Assembly: GCF_000091665.1 (NCBI RefSeq)
Contig: NC_000909.1
Span: 473,581-505,580, forward strand
Length of the DNA stretch: 32,000 bases
From: Methanocaldococcus jannaschii DSM 2661
GTDB lineage: Archaea; AGJL01; Methanococci; Methanococcales; Methanocaldococcaceae
Direction: 5' to 3'
The position numbers were made by a program, and so were the translations under genes. Within the stretch, counting starts at the first letter, position 1; the number at the start of each line of letters is the position of its first letter. Shown here one piece after another: positions 1 to 9,126 of the stretch. The notes under the pieces are model-generated. The model was not told the DNA's origin and made no database searches. It saw nothing but the letters and a program-made list of their open reading frames with translations.

Positions 1-165
1 TCTTGAAGAACAACCTATACCTGAAACAGCTATATAGTCCTCTGGCTTTATATTTAGCTCTTCAATAGCCTTTAAAAAGCAATTCATAACAATTCCATTT
101 CCACATCCAGAACAGAAGATGTGTGGCAATCTATCTTGCCTCATGTATTTTAAAGCTGGATGCAA
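1..165 (-). CDS. korB: 2-oxoacid:ferredoxin oxidoreductase beta (TPP-binding) subunit, N-terminal part; gene runs off the left edge
   Basis: Minus-strand frame reads (TTG)HPALKYMRQDRLPHIFCSGCGNGIVMNCFLKAIEELNIKPEDYIAVSGIGCSSR. The CSGCGNG and GIGCS motifs are typical of KorB/PorB-type beta subunits. GAGGTGG RBS lies 4 nt upstream of the TTG at 165, with an in-frame TGA just upstream. Absent from the ORF track because it is truncated. Confidence 0.7.
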   Translation of the reverse strand, partial: MHPALKYMRQDRLPHIFCSGCGNGIVMNCFLKAIEELNIKPEDYIAVSGIGCSSR

Positions 166-246
166 TTTACCACCTCAAATAATTTTTAATTTATAATGGA
201 TACCCCAAATAGAGATAGAGTTAAGCCCTATTTTAATCAAACGAAC

Positions 247-291
247 TCATCTCCTCATAACTACCGCATGGCTAAGCTCAAACATTGCTCC
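247..291 (-). repeat. Displaced second copy of the last 14 codons plus stop of the 442..1224 gene
   Basis: 37/45 nt identical to 442..486. Minus-strand reading is GAMFELSHAVVMRR-TGA versus GAMFELSHAVIMRK-TAG in the live gene. Confidence 0.8.
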
Positions 292-441
292 CAACCTTTT
301 AGTAAAAGGTTACTCGAACAACCTTTTAGAAAAGGTTGATCAAAACTTAGTTAAATAGGTATCCCAATAGGGCGAAGCTATGGTGCGTTGATCAAAACAG
401 ATGCATTACCTCGCTACGCTCGGTAATGCCTCTTAGCATAG
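292..441. repeat. Hairpin-rich intergenic repeat cassette (MJRE-like palindromic modules)
   Basis: Perfect palindromes occur at aaccttttagtaaaaggtt (293..311) and aaccttttagaaaaggtt (320..337). A hairpin gcattacc-N11-ggtaatgc spans 403..429. The motif ttgatcaaaac occurs twice (336..346, 388..398). Segment 372..398 is homologous to 24458..24486. Confidence 0.75.
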
Positions 442-1224
442 CTATTTCCTCATAATTACGGCATGGCTAAGTTCGAACATAGCTCCAGATAGCTCGTTAC
501 CAATATCTTGAATATCAGCTAAACTTAATTCAATCTCATCTCTTTGGATGGATATAGCAACTGGTAAATACTTATAGGCGATTTCAAACATCTCAAAGGG
601 ATTACATAACAAATCAACAGCCATTAGTCCATTAAAATTCTCATTATTTTCATTGAAGTTTTTAGTTATAATCTTGTTGATTATAATCTCATCCCTATCC
701 AAAGAAATAAGCAGGTTTTTTACCACTTCATTTTCATTTTTTCCAATAGCTTCAAACACTGCCTTAACTCTTATAAACCCTTCTTCTTCAAAATCGGCTA
801 TTTCATCTTCATCATACTTGCCTTTTTTATATCCCTCAACATCTATATCTTTTTTCTCTTTAACATATACATCAAATCCAATCTTATATGTATCCATAAA
901 TGATTTAAACGCACTTATAACCAAAGCTAAAACTTCATTTATCTCATTAGCTGTGAGTTTTAATTTCTCTGGTTTTATAACTTCAATATCTGCCCCATAT
1001 TTTAAACAGAAGTTTATATAATCCTTAAAGTTATCAAAATTTATCTCAAATTCTCCAATTTTTGTATAAAACTTTAAATTTTCGTCTTCTTCTATGTCTT
1101 CATCTACATATTTAAGTTTAGCATTATATTTTTCTTTCAGCTCATTAGCCAAATTTTCAAATTCTTTTTCAACAATTTCTTTAGAATTTCCTTTAACTTC
1201 CTCTAATGCGTGTATTTTTATCAT
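442..1224 (-). CDS. Conserved hypothetical acidic cytosolic protein (260 aa) with an apparent internal two-fold repeat
   Basis: Long ORF with GGTGGT RBS before the ATG at 1224. The N-terminal half (IKIHALEEVKG...FDNFKDYINFCLKYGADIEVIKPEKLKLTANEI) aligns by eye with the C-terminal half (IRVKAVFEAIGK...FEMFEIAYKYLPVAISIQRDEIELSLADI). No catalytic motif recognised. Confidence 0.8.
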   Translation of the reverse strand: MIKIHALEEVKGNSKEIVEKEFENLANELKEKYNAKLKYVDEDIEEDENLKFYTKIGEFEINFDNFKDYINFCLKYGADIEVIKPEKLKLTANEINEVLALVISAFKSFMDTYKIGFDVYVKEKKDIDVEGYKKGKYDEDEIADFEEEGFIRVKAVFEAIGKNENEVVKNLLISLDRDEIIINKIITKNFNENNENFNGLMAVDLLCNPFEMFEIAYKYLPVAISIQRDEIELSLADIQDIGNELSGAMFELSHAVIMRK

Positions 1225-1248
1225 CTTACCACCAAAAAAAGTAAAAAA

Positions 1249-2841
1249 TTATTCAAATAATGAATATCTTCTTATAACAAAATCTTTTCCAAGAGTTGCT
1301 AAGAAAGCTCCTAACTTTGGCCCGTACTTTTTACCTAAGAGTATCATATACGATGCTTGGAAGGCATCTCTTGGATTTAAGCCAAGTTCTTTTGCTGTTT
1401 GATAAATCAACTCATGCAAGTTTAAAGCATCAAACTCTGCTGTTTTTAATTTTTCAGCGAAGTATTTAATCCATTCTTTTTGTTTATCCTTCAATTTTTC
1501 ATATATCTCTTTTGCCTCATCCTCACTAATTATAACCAACTTTTCTCCATACTTCAAAGCCCAGTTTCTTGCCATTAACAATCTATCTTTCAATTTTTTC
1601 ATGCTGAACTCATCAATATCATCTATACTATAGTTATTTCTTCTTAATATTTCAAATACTCTCTCCATATTAATATCTTCCTTCTCTTCATCATAAGTTA
1701 GCTGAGCAATGATTGAACAGAATCTATATGGTATAACAAACGGCTTAGTTTCAGGGATTTTTGGTGTTGATAACTCATAAATTCTTATCTTTTCTTGTTC
1801 TTCTTCACTTAACTCATCTTTATCTTTGTTGTTAAAGTAGAAATCCTCTAATCTATCATATTCATCCACTAAGTCAGGAATTTTCTTCAAATCAAAGTCT
1901 ATATGCTTTGTTGGCTTACTTCTCAACAATAAGAATCTTAAAATCTCTGGGTGGGCTATATTAGTCCAATCCTTTACAGCAAACACAACACCTTTTGAAG
2001 AACTCATAGGAATTGCTTTATCCCCAACTTTTAATTGAATCCATTCATAAACAACCTTTTTTGGTGGTATATAGTTATAAATCTCTTTTGCAATTAAAAC
2101 TCCTGTATCGTAACTTCCCCCTGCTGCTGCATGGTCTTTACCCATTGGCTCAATAGTTACATTAAATATACTCCATCTCGCCGGCCAATCTACTCTCCAT
2201 GGAAGCTTAGCTCTTCCTTTATATGGTTTTACAGTGTTTTCAAATCCACAAATCTCACATCTATAGGTTATTTCCTCTTTCTCACTATCATATTTTATAA
2301 CCTTTGTCTTTAACTTTCCACAGTTTTCACAAACTATGTTTATTGGCCACCAGTCATCTGGTAAAGGATTAGCTCTAAATTTATTCAAAATCTCCATAAT
2401 TTTTTCTCTATTGTCTAAGGCAATCTTTATCTTTTCATCATAAAGTCCTTTTTTGTAGTTTTCATCAGCTCTATATGTTGTTAGCTCTACTCCTAAATCA
2501 TCTAAACTCTCTAAGTAAGGTCTTAAAAAGTGTTCAGCATAACTTTCACAGCAACCCTCTGGACATGGTATCTCGCTTAAAGGCATCCCAATATACTGCT
2601 CAAACTCTTTTGGTAAGAATGGATATAACTTCCTTAATGGGTCGTAGGTATCTGCTATAAAAATTAACTCTGCTTCAACTCCTTTATTTATTAATCCCTT
2701 ATAGATTGCATCTGCTGTCAGTGTTTCCCTTGCATTTCCTACGTGGATATGTCCTGAAGGTGTTATTCCACTCGCAACGATATATTTATCTGCTTTTCTC
2801 TCTTCAATCAATTTTTCAGCAATTACATCAGCCCAATGCAT
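1249..2841 (-). CDS. lysS: Lysyl-tRNA synthetase, class I (archaeal type)
   Basis: Contains the HIGH-like [10 protein letters not shown] motif, a KMSKS-like PMSSSKG motif and a Zn-type CENCGK...CEICG motif. I place the start at the ATG at 2841 ([11 protein letters not shown]), preceded by GAGGGA. The ORF-track start at 2853 is a TTG extension. Confidence 0.93.
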   Translation of the reverse strand: MHWADVIAEKLIEERKADKYIVASGITPSGHIHVGNARETLTADAIYKGLINKGVEAELIFIADTYDPLRKLYPFLPKEFEQYIGMPLSEIPCPEGCCESYAEHFLRPYLESLDDLGVELTTYRADENYKKGLYDEKIKIALDNREKIMEILNKFRANPLPDDWWPINIVCENCGKLKTKVIKYDSEKEEITYRCEICGFENTVKPYKGRAKLPWRVDWPARWSIFNVTIEPMGKDHAAAGGSYDTGVLIAKEIYNYIPPKKVVYEWIQLKVGDKAIPMSSSKGVVFAVKDWTNIAHPEILRFLLLRSKPTKHIDFDLKKIPDLVDEYDRLEDFYFNNKDKDELSEEEQEKIRIYELSTPKIPETKPFVIPYRFCSIIAQLTYDEEKEDINMERVFEILRRNNYSIDDIDEFSMKKLKDRLLMARNWALKYGEKLVIISEDEAKEIYEKLKDKQKEWIKYFAEKLKTAEFDALNLHELIYQTAKELGLNPRDAFQASYMILLGKKYGPKLGAFLATLGKDFVIRRYSLFE

Positions 2842-3002
2842 AATTTCCCTCAAAATTTTTGTTTCTTCTATTTTATTGTCTATATTATTTAAAATATAAA
2901 AATCAAAAAATCCAAATTTCTTTAGGTTACATAATAATTTGTTAAAATATTAACTACCAAAATGATATAAATAACTTAGTTTTAGACAAAAAAGCTGAAT
3001 TA

Positions 3003-3111
3003 TAGTCAATCATCAAAAGTTTTTATAGTTATATAATAAACTTATAGAAGCTCAAAAGGGCTTCTATACCAATAACCTTAGAAAATGTTATCTATTTTTG
3101 ATGATTGACTA
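3003..3111. repeat. 109-bp palindromic element with perfect 16-bp terminal inverted repeats and a central 9-bp-stem hairpin
   Basis: tagtcaatcatcaaaa (3003..3018) is the exact reverse complement of ttttgatgattgacta (3096..3111). Internal hairpin is tatagaagc-N8-gcttctata (3043..3068). The arms contain the ATCATCAAAA motif shared with the other hairpin modules. Confidence 0.75.
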
Positions 3112-3366
3112 ATAAAACCTCAACACAACTCTTTTCTCTCCATTACTATGAACTAACTCTAACAAATCATCCAATATTTTCTCAATTTCAACCTCTATAA
3201 TTCCATATTTTTCATGAACCAACCTTATAAGTCCATCGTTATAATGCATTAACCTACCTTCAACATGAACCCTTCCAAAATATATCTCAACATACTCATC
3301 AACATCTATATTGTTAAGGTATTCAATAACTTCTTTTGGATTTTTTACATCAATGATTTCCTCCAT
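3109..3366 (-). CDS. Small conserved hypothetical protein (85 aa)
   Basis: ORF starts 20 nt downstream of nadM on the same strand, so it is probably co-transcribed. Function is not recognisable. Its TAG stop is the terminal triplet of the palindromic element at 3003..3111. Confidence 0.65.
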   Translation of the reverse strand: MEEIIDVKNPKEVIEYLNNIDVDEYVEIYFGRVHVEGRLMHYNDGLIRLVHEKYGIIEVEIEKILDDLLELVHSNGEKRVVLRFY

Positions 3367-3386
3367 AATATCACTATTTTTATTTT

Positions 3387-3926
<540 letters not shown>

Positions 3927-3982
3927 TTAAAATATATAATGATAAAATAGTCATAAAAACAAAACTTAAAAGTTAAAGGTAA

Positions 3983-6900
3983 TTACTCCCTCTCTACATA
4001 TGATTTTCTTATGTAGTTTAATATAACCTTCTGCTCAGTTCTTGCTACAACTCTTCTTATTGTCTCTACAGCATCAATGTTTGCTGAAACACTATCAATT
4101 CCCCACTCAACTAACTTCTCAACTATGTGAGGTCTGCTTCCAGCCTGCCCACAAATTGATGTTTTTATGCCATGTTTTTTGCAAGTTTTAATTACGTGCT
4201 CAACCAACTTTAACACAGCTGGGTGATCTTCTTTATAATACTTTGAAACTAACTCGTTATTTCTATCAATTGCTATTGTGTATTGTGTTAAATCGTTAGT
4301 TCCTAAGCTAACAAAGTTTATTCCTTCTTTTATAAAGTCCTCAATAATTAAAGCTGCTGCTGGTGTTTCAACCATAATTCCAAATGGAATATCCTTACAT
4401 GGTTCTAAACCAACTTCTCTCATTATCTCTTTAACTCTTCTAACTTCATCTGGATGAGTTACGAGAGGGATCATGATCTCTATATTCTTATAGCCCTCTT
4501 CTCTCAATCTTTTAATTGCCTTTAATTCACATTTTAATATATCTACTTCATCAAGATCTCTCCTAATTCCTCTCCAACCAAGCATTGGATTGTGTTCTAT
4601 TGGCTCATTCTCTCCTCCTTCTAAACCTCTAAACTCATCTGTTGGAGCATCTAATGTTCTATAAGTTACAGGTCTTGGGTAGAATGCATCTGCTACCTTT
4701 CTAATTCCTTCCATTAACGCCTCTATCAATGCTTCTTCTCCCTCTTCCTCTAAAATCTTTCTTGGATGCTTACCTAATCCTAATATCATATGCTCAGCTC
4801 TCAACAAGCCAACCCCATCTGCTCCTGTTGCTGCTGCTCTTTCAGCAACCTCTGGCATGCTGACATTAACTTTAACCTCAGTAGCTGTTATTATTGGAGC
4901 TTGTTGAACAACAACCTCCTGTTTTTTCTCTTTTTCTTCAACCTTTTTAATCTCTCCTTCATAAACAATTCCCTTCTCTCCATCAACTGTAACGATCATT
5001 CCATCTTTTAAAACCTTCGTTGCTTTCTTTGTTCCAACAACGCAAGGTGTTCCTAACTCCCTTGAAACGATTGCCGCGTGGCAGTTGAATACAACTATTG
5101 GAGTGTAATGCTTAGTCCAAACAACATAGTTGTGGTTAAACTCATTTTCTGCTTTAACTGTTATGTTATAAACTTCCCCATAATCTTCTCCAACTTTTTT
5201 AATCCTGATGGAGTAAATATCACTCTCTTTTAAGAGTTTGATTTTTTGTTTTATTCTTTCAATGCCATCTTTATCTATTTTGCTAAGGTATTCTTCTAAT
5301 TTATTTATTCCAATGAATAGTTTTTCTTTATATGTCTTGTATAAATAGCCCTTATAATCAAATTCTTTAAGTTCTGGCAGTATTTGAGATATATCTATTA
5401 ATTTTTTATCTTCAACTGGTTTTTTGAACTCTTTTAGCTTATCTAATTTGATTCTTCTTGTTCTTTGCAGTATAGTTTCTAAGTTGTTATTAAAGTATAT
5501 TGTTGCTGTTGATGACCTTTTATATCTCAATCTTGGAATTATTCCCAATCTATATAGCCCAACAATTAAGCCCTCAATCTTTTTGATATGGGAGGAGTTT
5601 TGATATATCTCAACTCTTCTCTTTCCACTTAAACATCCATCTCCATCAACAAATCCAGCAATTAAATCGGCTATTTCATCTTTGGTAGCATATAATGGGA
5701 TAGTGTTTATATTGACCTCAATAAAGCCCAATATTTCAGAAGGTATTTTTCTACTTGTTTGATATTCAATAACGTTGTTTCTATTGCTAATCTCTATAAA
5801 GTTGCCTCCAATTAACTTAACATCTCCTTTAACTTTTTCTATGAAGTCCTTCTTTTCCTCAGTGTCTTTTTGGGTAAATCTTACCCTTATTGGTTTTCCA
5901 TTTCTTCTGACAATGTGTCCATCTGAAAGAACTGCTCCTCCTAAATACATAACTTCTGCTAAGCTTTCATACTTCTCCTCAATCATTGGGATGTAGTCAA
6001 TACTCAATACAGAAAGGTTGTTATCTATAATATCACATAATTGAACCTTACTGAGTTCTCCATTTACAAACACTGGGAATTTGTGGTCTGGAGTGATTTT
6101 TATTGTATCTTTTGTATTTTTATTCTTTCTATAAACGCCAATTTCATATCTCCTTGCCTCTCTTTTTTGTGCATCAATTATCTCTTTCCATTCTGTTTTT
6201 AAGGTTTCAGCATTTAATCCCAAAACCTTCAATTTTTCTCCATTTTTAACTAATTTATAGACCTCTTTCATTTTTAAAAAGCCCCTATCTGTTAAAATTT
6301 TTGCATCTCCTTCTATACAGGTTAATCCTCCCTCATCTGTTACAATAGCAGCTGCCTTTTTCATCGCTGGAACCATATCTGGTGTGGTCATCTCTGTTAC
6401 TAATATATCCCCTTCTTTAACCTTGTCTATTTCACTAACATCGTGGATTATTTTAACAACACCTGTTGCAATGCCTGGAGATGCCCCAATACCTTTTAAT
6501 AATATTTTTGCCTCGATATCCTCTTCTTTTGCCTTTTTCTCTTTTTTACCTTTCTTTAAGGTAGTTATCGGTCTTGCTTGAAGCATGTAAAACTTGCCTT
6601 TCTCATAAGCCCATTCAACATCCATCGGTTTTCCATAGTGTTTTTCTATATTCAACCCTATTTTAGCCAATTCTTTAATTTCATCATCTGATAAAACTTG
6701 CTTTTCCTTCATATCATCAGGGACTTCAACAACCTTTGTTTCTCCTTTTTCATCCTTAACAAACATCGTTTCTTTTCTTGCTATATGCTTATCAACAATC
6801 TCTAAGGTCTTTTTATTGACAATGTATGTATCTGGAGAGACAGAACCACTAACAACTCCCTCTCCTAATCCCCACGCTGCTTCGATAACTAACTCATCAT

Positions 6901-7516
6901 AATTTTCGCTAATTGGATTAACTGTAAACATAACTCCTGCCTTTTCAGCATTAACCAATTTTTGAACAACTGCAGCTAAAGCAACCTTAAAGTGGTCAAA
7001 CCCCTGTTGTTCTCTGTAGAAAATGGCTCTTGGAGTAAATAAAGATGAGAAGCATTTTTGCACATATTTAACTACATTTTCAGCTCCTTTTATATTCAAG
7101 TAAGTATCTTGCTGTCCTGCAAAACTTGCCTCAGGTAAATCTTCAGCGGTTGCAGAACTTCTAACTGCCACTGTTACCTCATCCTCTCCGCACATTTCAC
7201 ATAATTTGTTATATGCCTCAATAATAGCCAATCTCAAATCTTCCGGCATCTCTGCTTCTTCAATTAATTTTCTAATTTTTTTTGATGCATTTGTTAATGC
7301 ATCTGTGTCATTAACGTCCAAACCGCTTAAAATTTCTCTTATTTTATCCATTAATCCAGTTTCTTTTATAAAGTGCCTGTAAGCATCAGCAGTAACAACG
7401 AATGCTGGTGGAACTGGCAATCCAGCGTTCCACATCTCTCCTAATGAAGCTCCCTTACCTCCAGCAATGTCTACATCTTTATTTGATAACTCGTCTAACC
7501 ATGCAATAAATTTCAT
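3983..7516 (-). CDS. ppsA: Phosphoenolpyruvate synthase precursor interrupted by an in-frame intein
   Basis: ATP-grasp N-terminal region (GGKGASLGEM), a split phosphohistidine motif DEGGLT/CHAAIVSRELG, and a C-terminal PEP-utilising TIM-barrel domain (GTNDLTQY). The likely start is the ATG at 7516 (MKFIAWLDEL) after AGGGGAT. The ORF-track start at 7549 adds 11 residues. Confidence 0.95.
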   Translation of the reverse strand: MKFIAWLDELSNKDVDIAGGKGASLGEMWNAGLPVPPAFVVTADAYRHFIKETGLMDKIREILSGLDVNDTDALTNASKKIRKLIEEAEMPEDLRLAIIEAYNKLCEMCGEDEVTVAVRSSATAEDLPEASFAGQQDTYLNIKGAENVVKYVQKCFSSLFTPRAIFYREQQGFDHFKVALAAVVQKLVNAEKAGVMFTVNPISENYDELVIEAAWGLGEGVVSGSVSPDTYIVNKKTLEIVDKHIARKETMFVKDEKGETKVVEVPDDMKEKQVLSDDEIKELAKIGLNIEKHYGKPMDVEWAYEKGKFYMLQARPITTLKKGKKEKKAKEEDIEAKILLKGIGASPGIATGVVKIIHDVSEIDKVKEGDILVTEMTTPDMVPAMKKAAAIVTDEGGLTCIEGDAKILTDRGFLKMKEVYKLVKNGEKLKVLGLNAETLKTEWKEIIDAQKREARRYEIGVYRKNKNTKDTIKITPDHKFPVFVNGELSKVQLCDIIDNNLSVLSIDYIPMIEEKYESLAEVMYLGGAVLSDGHIVRRNGKPIRVRFTQKDTEEKKDFIEKVKGDVKLIGGNFIEISNRNNVIEYQTSRKIPSEILGFIEVNINTIPLYATKDEIADLIAGFVDGDGCLSGKRRVEIYQNSSHIKKIEGLIVGLYRLGIIPRLRYKRSSTATIYFNNNLETILQRTRRIKLDKLKEFKKPVEDKKLIDISQILPELKEFDYKGYLYKTYKEKLFIGINKLEEYLSKIDKDGIERIKQKIKLLKESDIYSIRIKKVGEDYGEVYNITVKAENEFNHNYVVWTKHYTPIVVFNCHAAIVSRELGTPCVVGTKKATKVLKDGMIVTVDGEKGIVYEGEIKKVEEKEKKQEVVVQQAPIITATEVKVNVSMPEVAERAAATGADGVGLLRAEHMILGLGKHPRKILEEEGEEALIEALMEGIRKVADAFYPRPVTYRTLDAPTDEFRGLEGGENEPIEHNPMLGWRGIRRDLDEVDILKCELKAIKRLREEGYKNIEIMIPLVTHPDEVRRVKEIMREVGLEPCKDIPFGIMVETPAAALIIEDFIKEGINFVSLGTNDLTQYTIAIDRNNELVSKYYKEDHPAVLKLVEHVIKTCKKHGIKTSICGQAGSRPHIVEKLVEWGIDSVSANIDAVETIRRVVARTEQKVILNYIRKSYVERE
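5084..6319 (-). mobile_element. 412-aa intein with a LAGLIDADG homing-endonuclease domain inside ppsA
   Basis: Begins with Cys (CIEGDAKILT; TGT at 6319..6317) and ends ...PIVVFN (AAC at 5086..5084), followed by the +1 Cys (TGC at 5083..5081). Block B is ITPDHKF. The two LAGLIDADG motifs are YLGGAVLSDGHI and LIAGFVDGDGCL. Removing it restores the contiguous GGLT-CHAAIV active-site loop. Confidence 0.95.
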
Positions 7517-7676
7517 GCTATCCCCTTTTGTATTTTGGATAATTAACAATATATAGGGGATTATATATAGCTTTTATTTTAAAATAAATTTAAATATTTG
7601 AATGATAATATTATAAATAAAATAGTAGAGTTATTACAAGTGAAAATGTTATAAAAAATTAAAAAAAGTTTCATAA

Positions 7677-8201
7677 TTATAATTTAAGCAATTCTTTTCC
7701 TTGCTCAATAACTATTCTACATGGAACTGGTAATTTCATTGCAGCTCTTCTTAAAGCTTCCTTTGCAGCTGGGAATTTGTCTGGGTTTACCCATACTGTT
7801 AAGATTGCCTGTCCTTCCTTAACTCTTGCAGCTGTTCCAATTGGTTTTCCAAATGCCAATCTCATTCCATCTGAAATTCTATCTGCCCCAGCTCCAGTAG
7901 CCATCTTGTGCTCTCTCAATATTTGGTGTGGATAAACTCTAATTTGGAATTTGTAACCCATTCTACCGCACATCTTTGTTAAATATTTGTTTGCGGCAAC
8001 TCTTGCAGCTTCTAATGCGTTATGTCTTATTTGGATTGGTCTTGTAGCTACTAAATTAACCTTAACTGGGAATTCTGCTGATAAGTTACCCATTATGAAA
8101 TGAACTACTTTTGGTTGTGGAACCCCTTTAACATACTCCTTTCTTGTGTATGGTGGTTTATCTACATCTCTGTAACATCTGTTTGGTCTTAAAGAAGCCA
8201 T
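7677..8201 (-). CDS. rpl10e: 50S ribosomal protein L10e (uL16)
   Basis: [12 protein letters not shown]...YTRKEY...[29 protein letters not shown] is the characteristic L10e/uL16 sequence. Confidence 0.93.
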   Translation of the reverse strand: MASLRPNRCYRDVDKPPYTRKEYVKGVPQPKVVHFIMGNLSAEFPVKVNLVATRPIQIRHNALEAARVAANKYLTKMCGRMGYKFQIRVYPHQILREHKMATGAGADRISDGMRLAFGKPIGTAARVKEGQAILTVWVNPDKFPAAKEALRRAAMKLPVPCRIVIEQGKELLKL

Positions 8202-8333
8202 ATCATCACCTATTTTGGCTGTTTCGTTTTATAGATAAAGAGAAGGACTATGTGTGTTTTCAATTCCCAATATATAAAATTTATTGTGATGCTAATATTT
8301 TTAACTTAATATTTAAAGCTTACTGTTATTTTG

Positions 8334-9023
8334 CTACTCTAAAAAAATGAACTTTATAACCTGCTTAGCAACTTCTAAGATTTTCTTTGTGGTTATATAT
8401 GAAACAGCTTCATCATGATACTCAACACTCACATATTCCTCCACAATCTTAGCCCCTTTTTTCGCTAACTGCAGAGCAATAAAATGTTCAACTGCATAAC
8501 CATCTCCAAACTTCATATCTTTTAAAAACTCTGCCTTTATTATCCTAAAACCACACTGAACATCCCTAAAGAAATAAAATCTTTTTGAGTATATTAACAC
8601 TGCCAACGACGTAAGTATTGAAGCAAAAAAATTAGATATTTGCCTATGCAATGGAATATGTTTGTATTTCCTAATACCAAAAACGGCATCAGCATTTGTA
8701 TCTTCCAATTTTTTTAACAGTTTTGGAATGTCCATTGGTTTGTGCTGATAATCTCCATCAATATATATGATATATTTATATTTGTTTAAAGATAAGGCAA
8801 ATTTTGTTCCTTTCTCTATTGCTTTTGCCTTTCCTTCATTTTTTTCATTTCTTATTAAATATACATTAATCTTTGCTTTTTTTGCAAACTCTTCAACGAT
8901 TTTTGAGGTATTGTCTTTAGAACCATCATCCACTACTACAGCATCAACTCTTAACTTTTCTAAGTCCTTTAACACCTTTAAAATATTTTTTTCCTCATTG
9001 AATGCTGGAATTATTGCAATCAT
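8334..9023 (-). CDS. Family 2 glycosyltransferase (dolichyl-phosphate sugar synthase-like)
   Basis: N-terminal IIPAFNEE...VVVDDGSKDNT and the DxD-type YIDGDYQH motif are typical of GT-A/GT2 Dpm1-like enzymes. Confidence 0.85.
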   Translation of the reverse strand: MIAIIPAFNEEKNILKVLKDLEKLRVDAVVVDDGSKDNTSKIVEEFAKKAKINVYLIRNEKNEGKAKAIEKGTKFALSLNKYKYIIYIDGDYQHKPMDIPKLLKKLEDTNADAVFGIRKYKHIPLHRQISNFFASILTSLAVLIYSKRFYFFRDVQCGFRIIKAEFLKDMKFGDGYAVEHFIALQLAKKGAKIVEEYVSVEYHDEAVSYITTKKILEVAKQVIKFIFLE

Positions 9024-9126
9024 AGGTAATCACAATATAAATTGGATGCTAGTAAATTTTTAACAAAATTTTAAAATTTTATGGTAATAAGAAAAAGTAG
9101 AAAAATAGGAATTGGTGTTTTTAGTT

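Noticed and set aside
3003-3111. Possible C/D-box sRNA, because TGATGA occurs in the element and CTGA lies nearby (2994..2997)
   Set aside because: The TGATGA lies in the 3' arm on both strands because the element is palindromic. The C-box-5'/D-box-3' order therefore cannot be satisfied, and no C'/D' pair is evident.
7517-7549. N-terminal extensions given by the ORF track (ppsA MLIIQNTKGDS-, lysS MREI-, surE MLKITLIGDI-, feoB MLSMGER-, CBS protein MVDFYEIRGDI-, glycoprotein MVGK-)
   Set aside because: In each case an internal ATG is preceded at 4-9 nt by a GGTG/GGAG-type RBS and begins the conserved family N-terminus. Several of the extended starts are TTG or GTG codons with no RBS.
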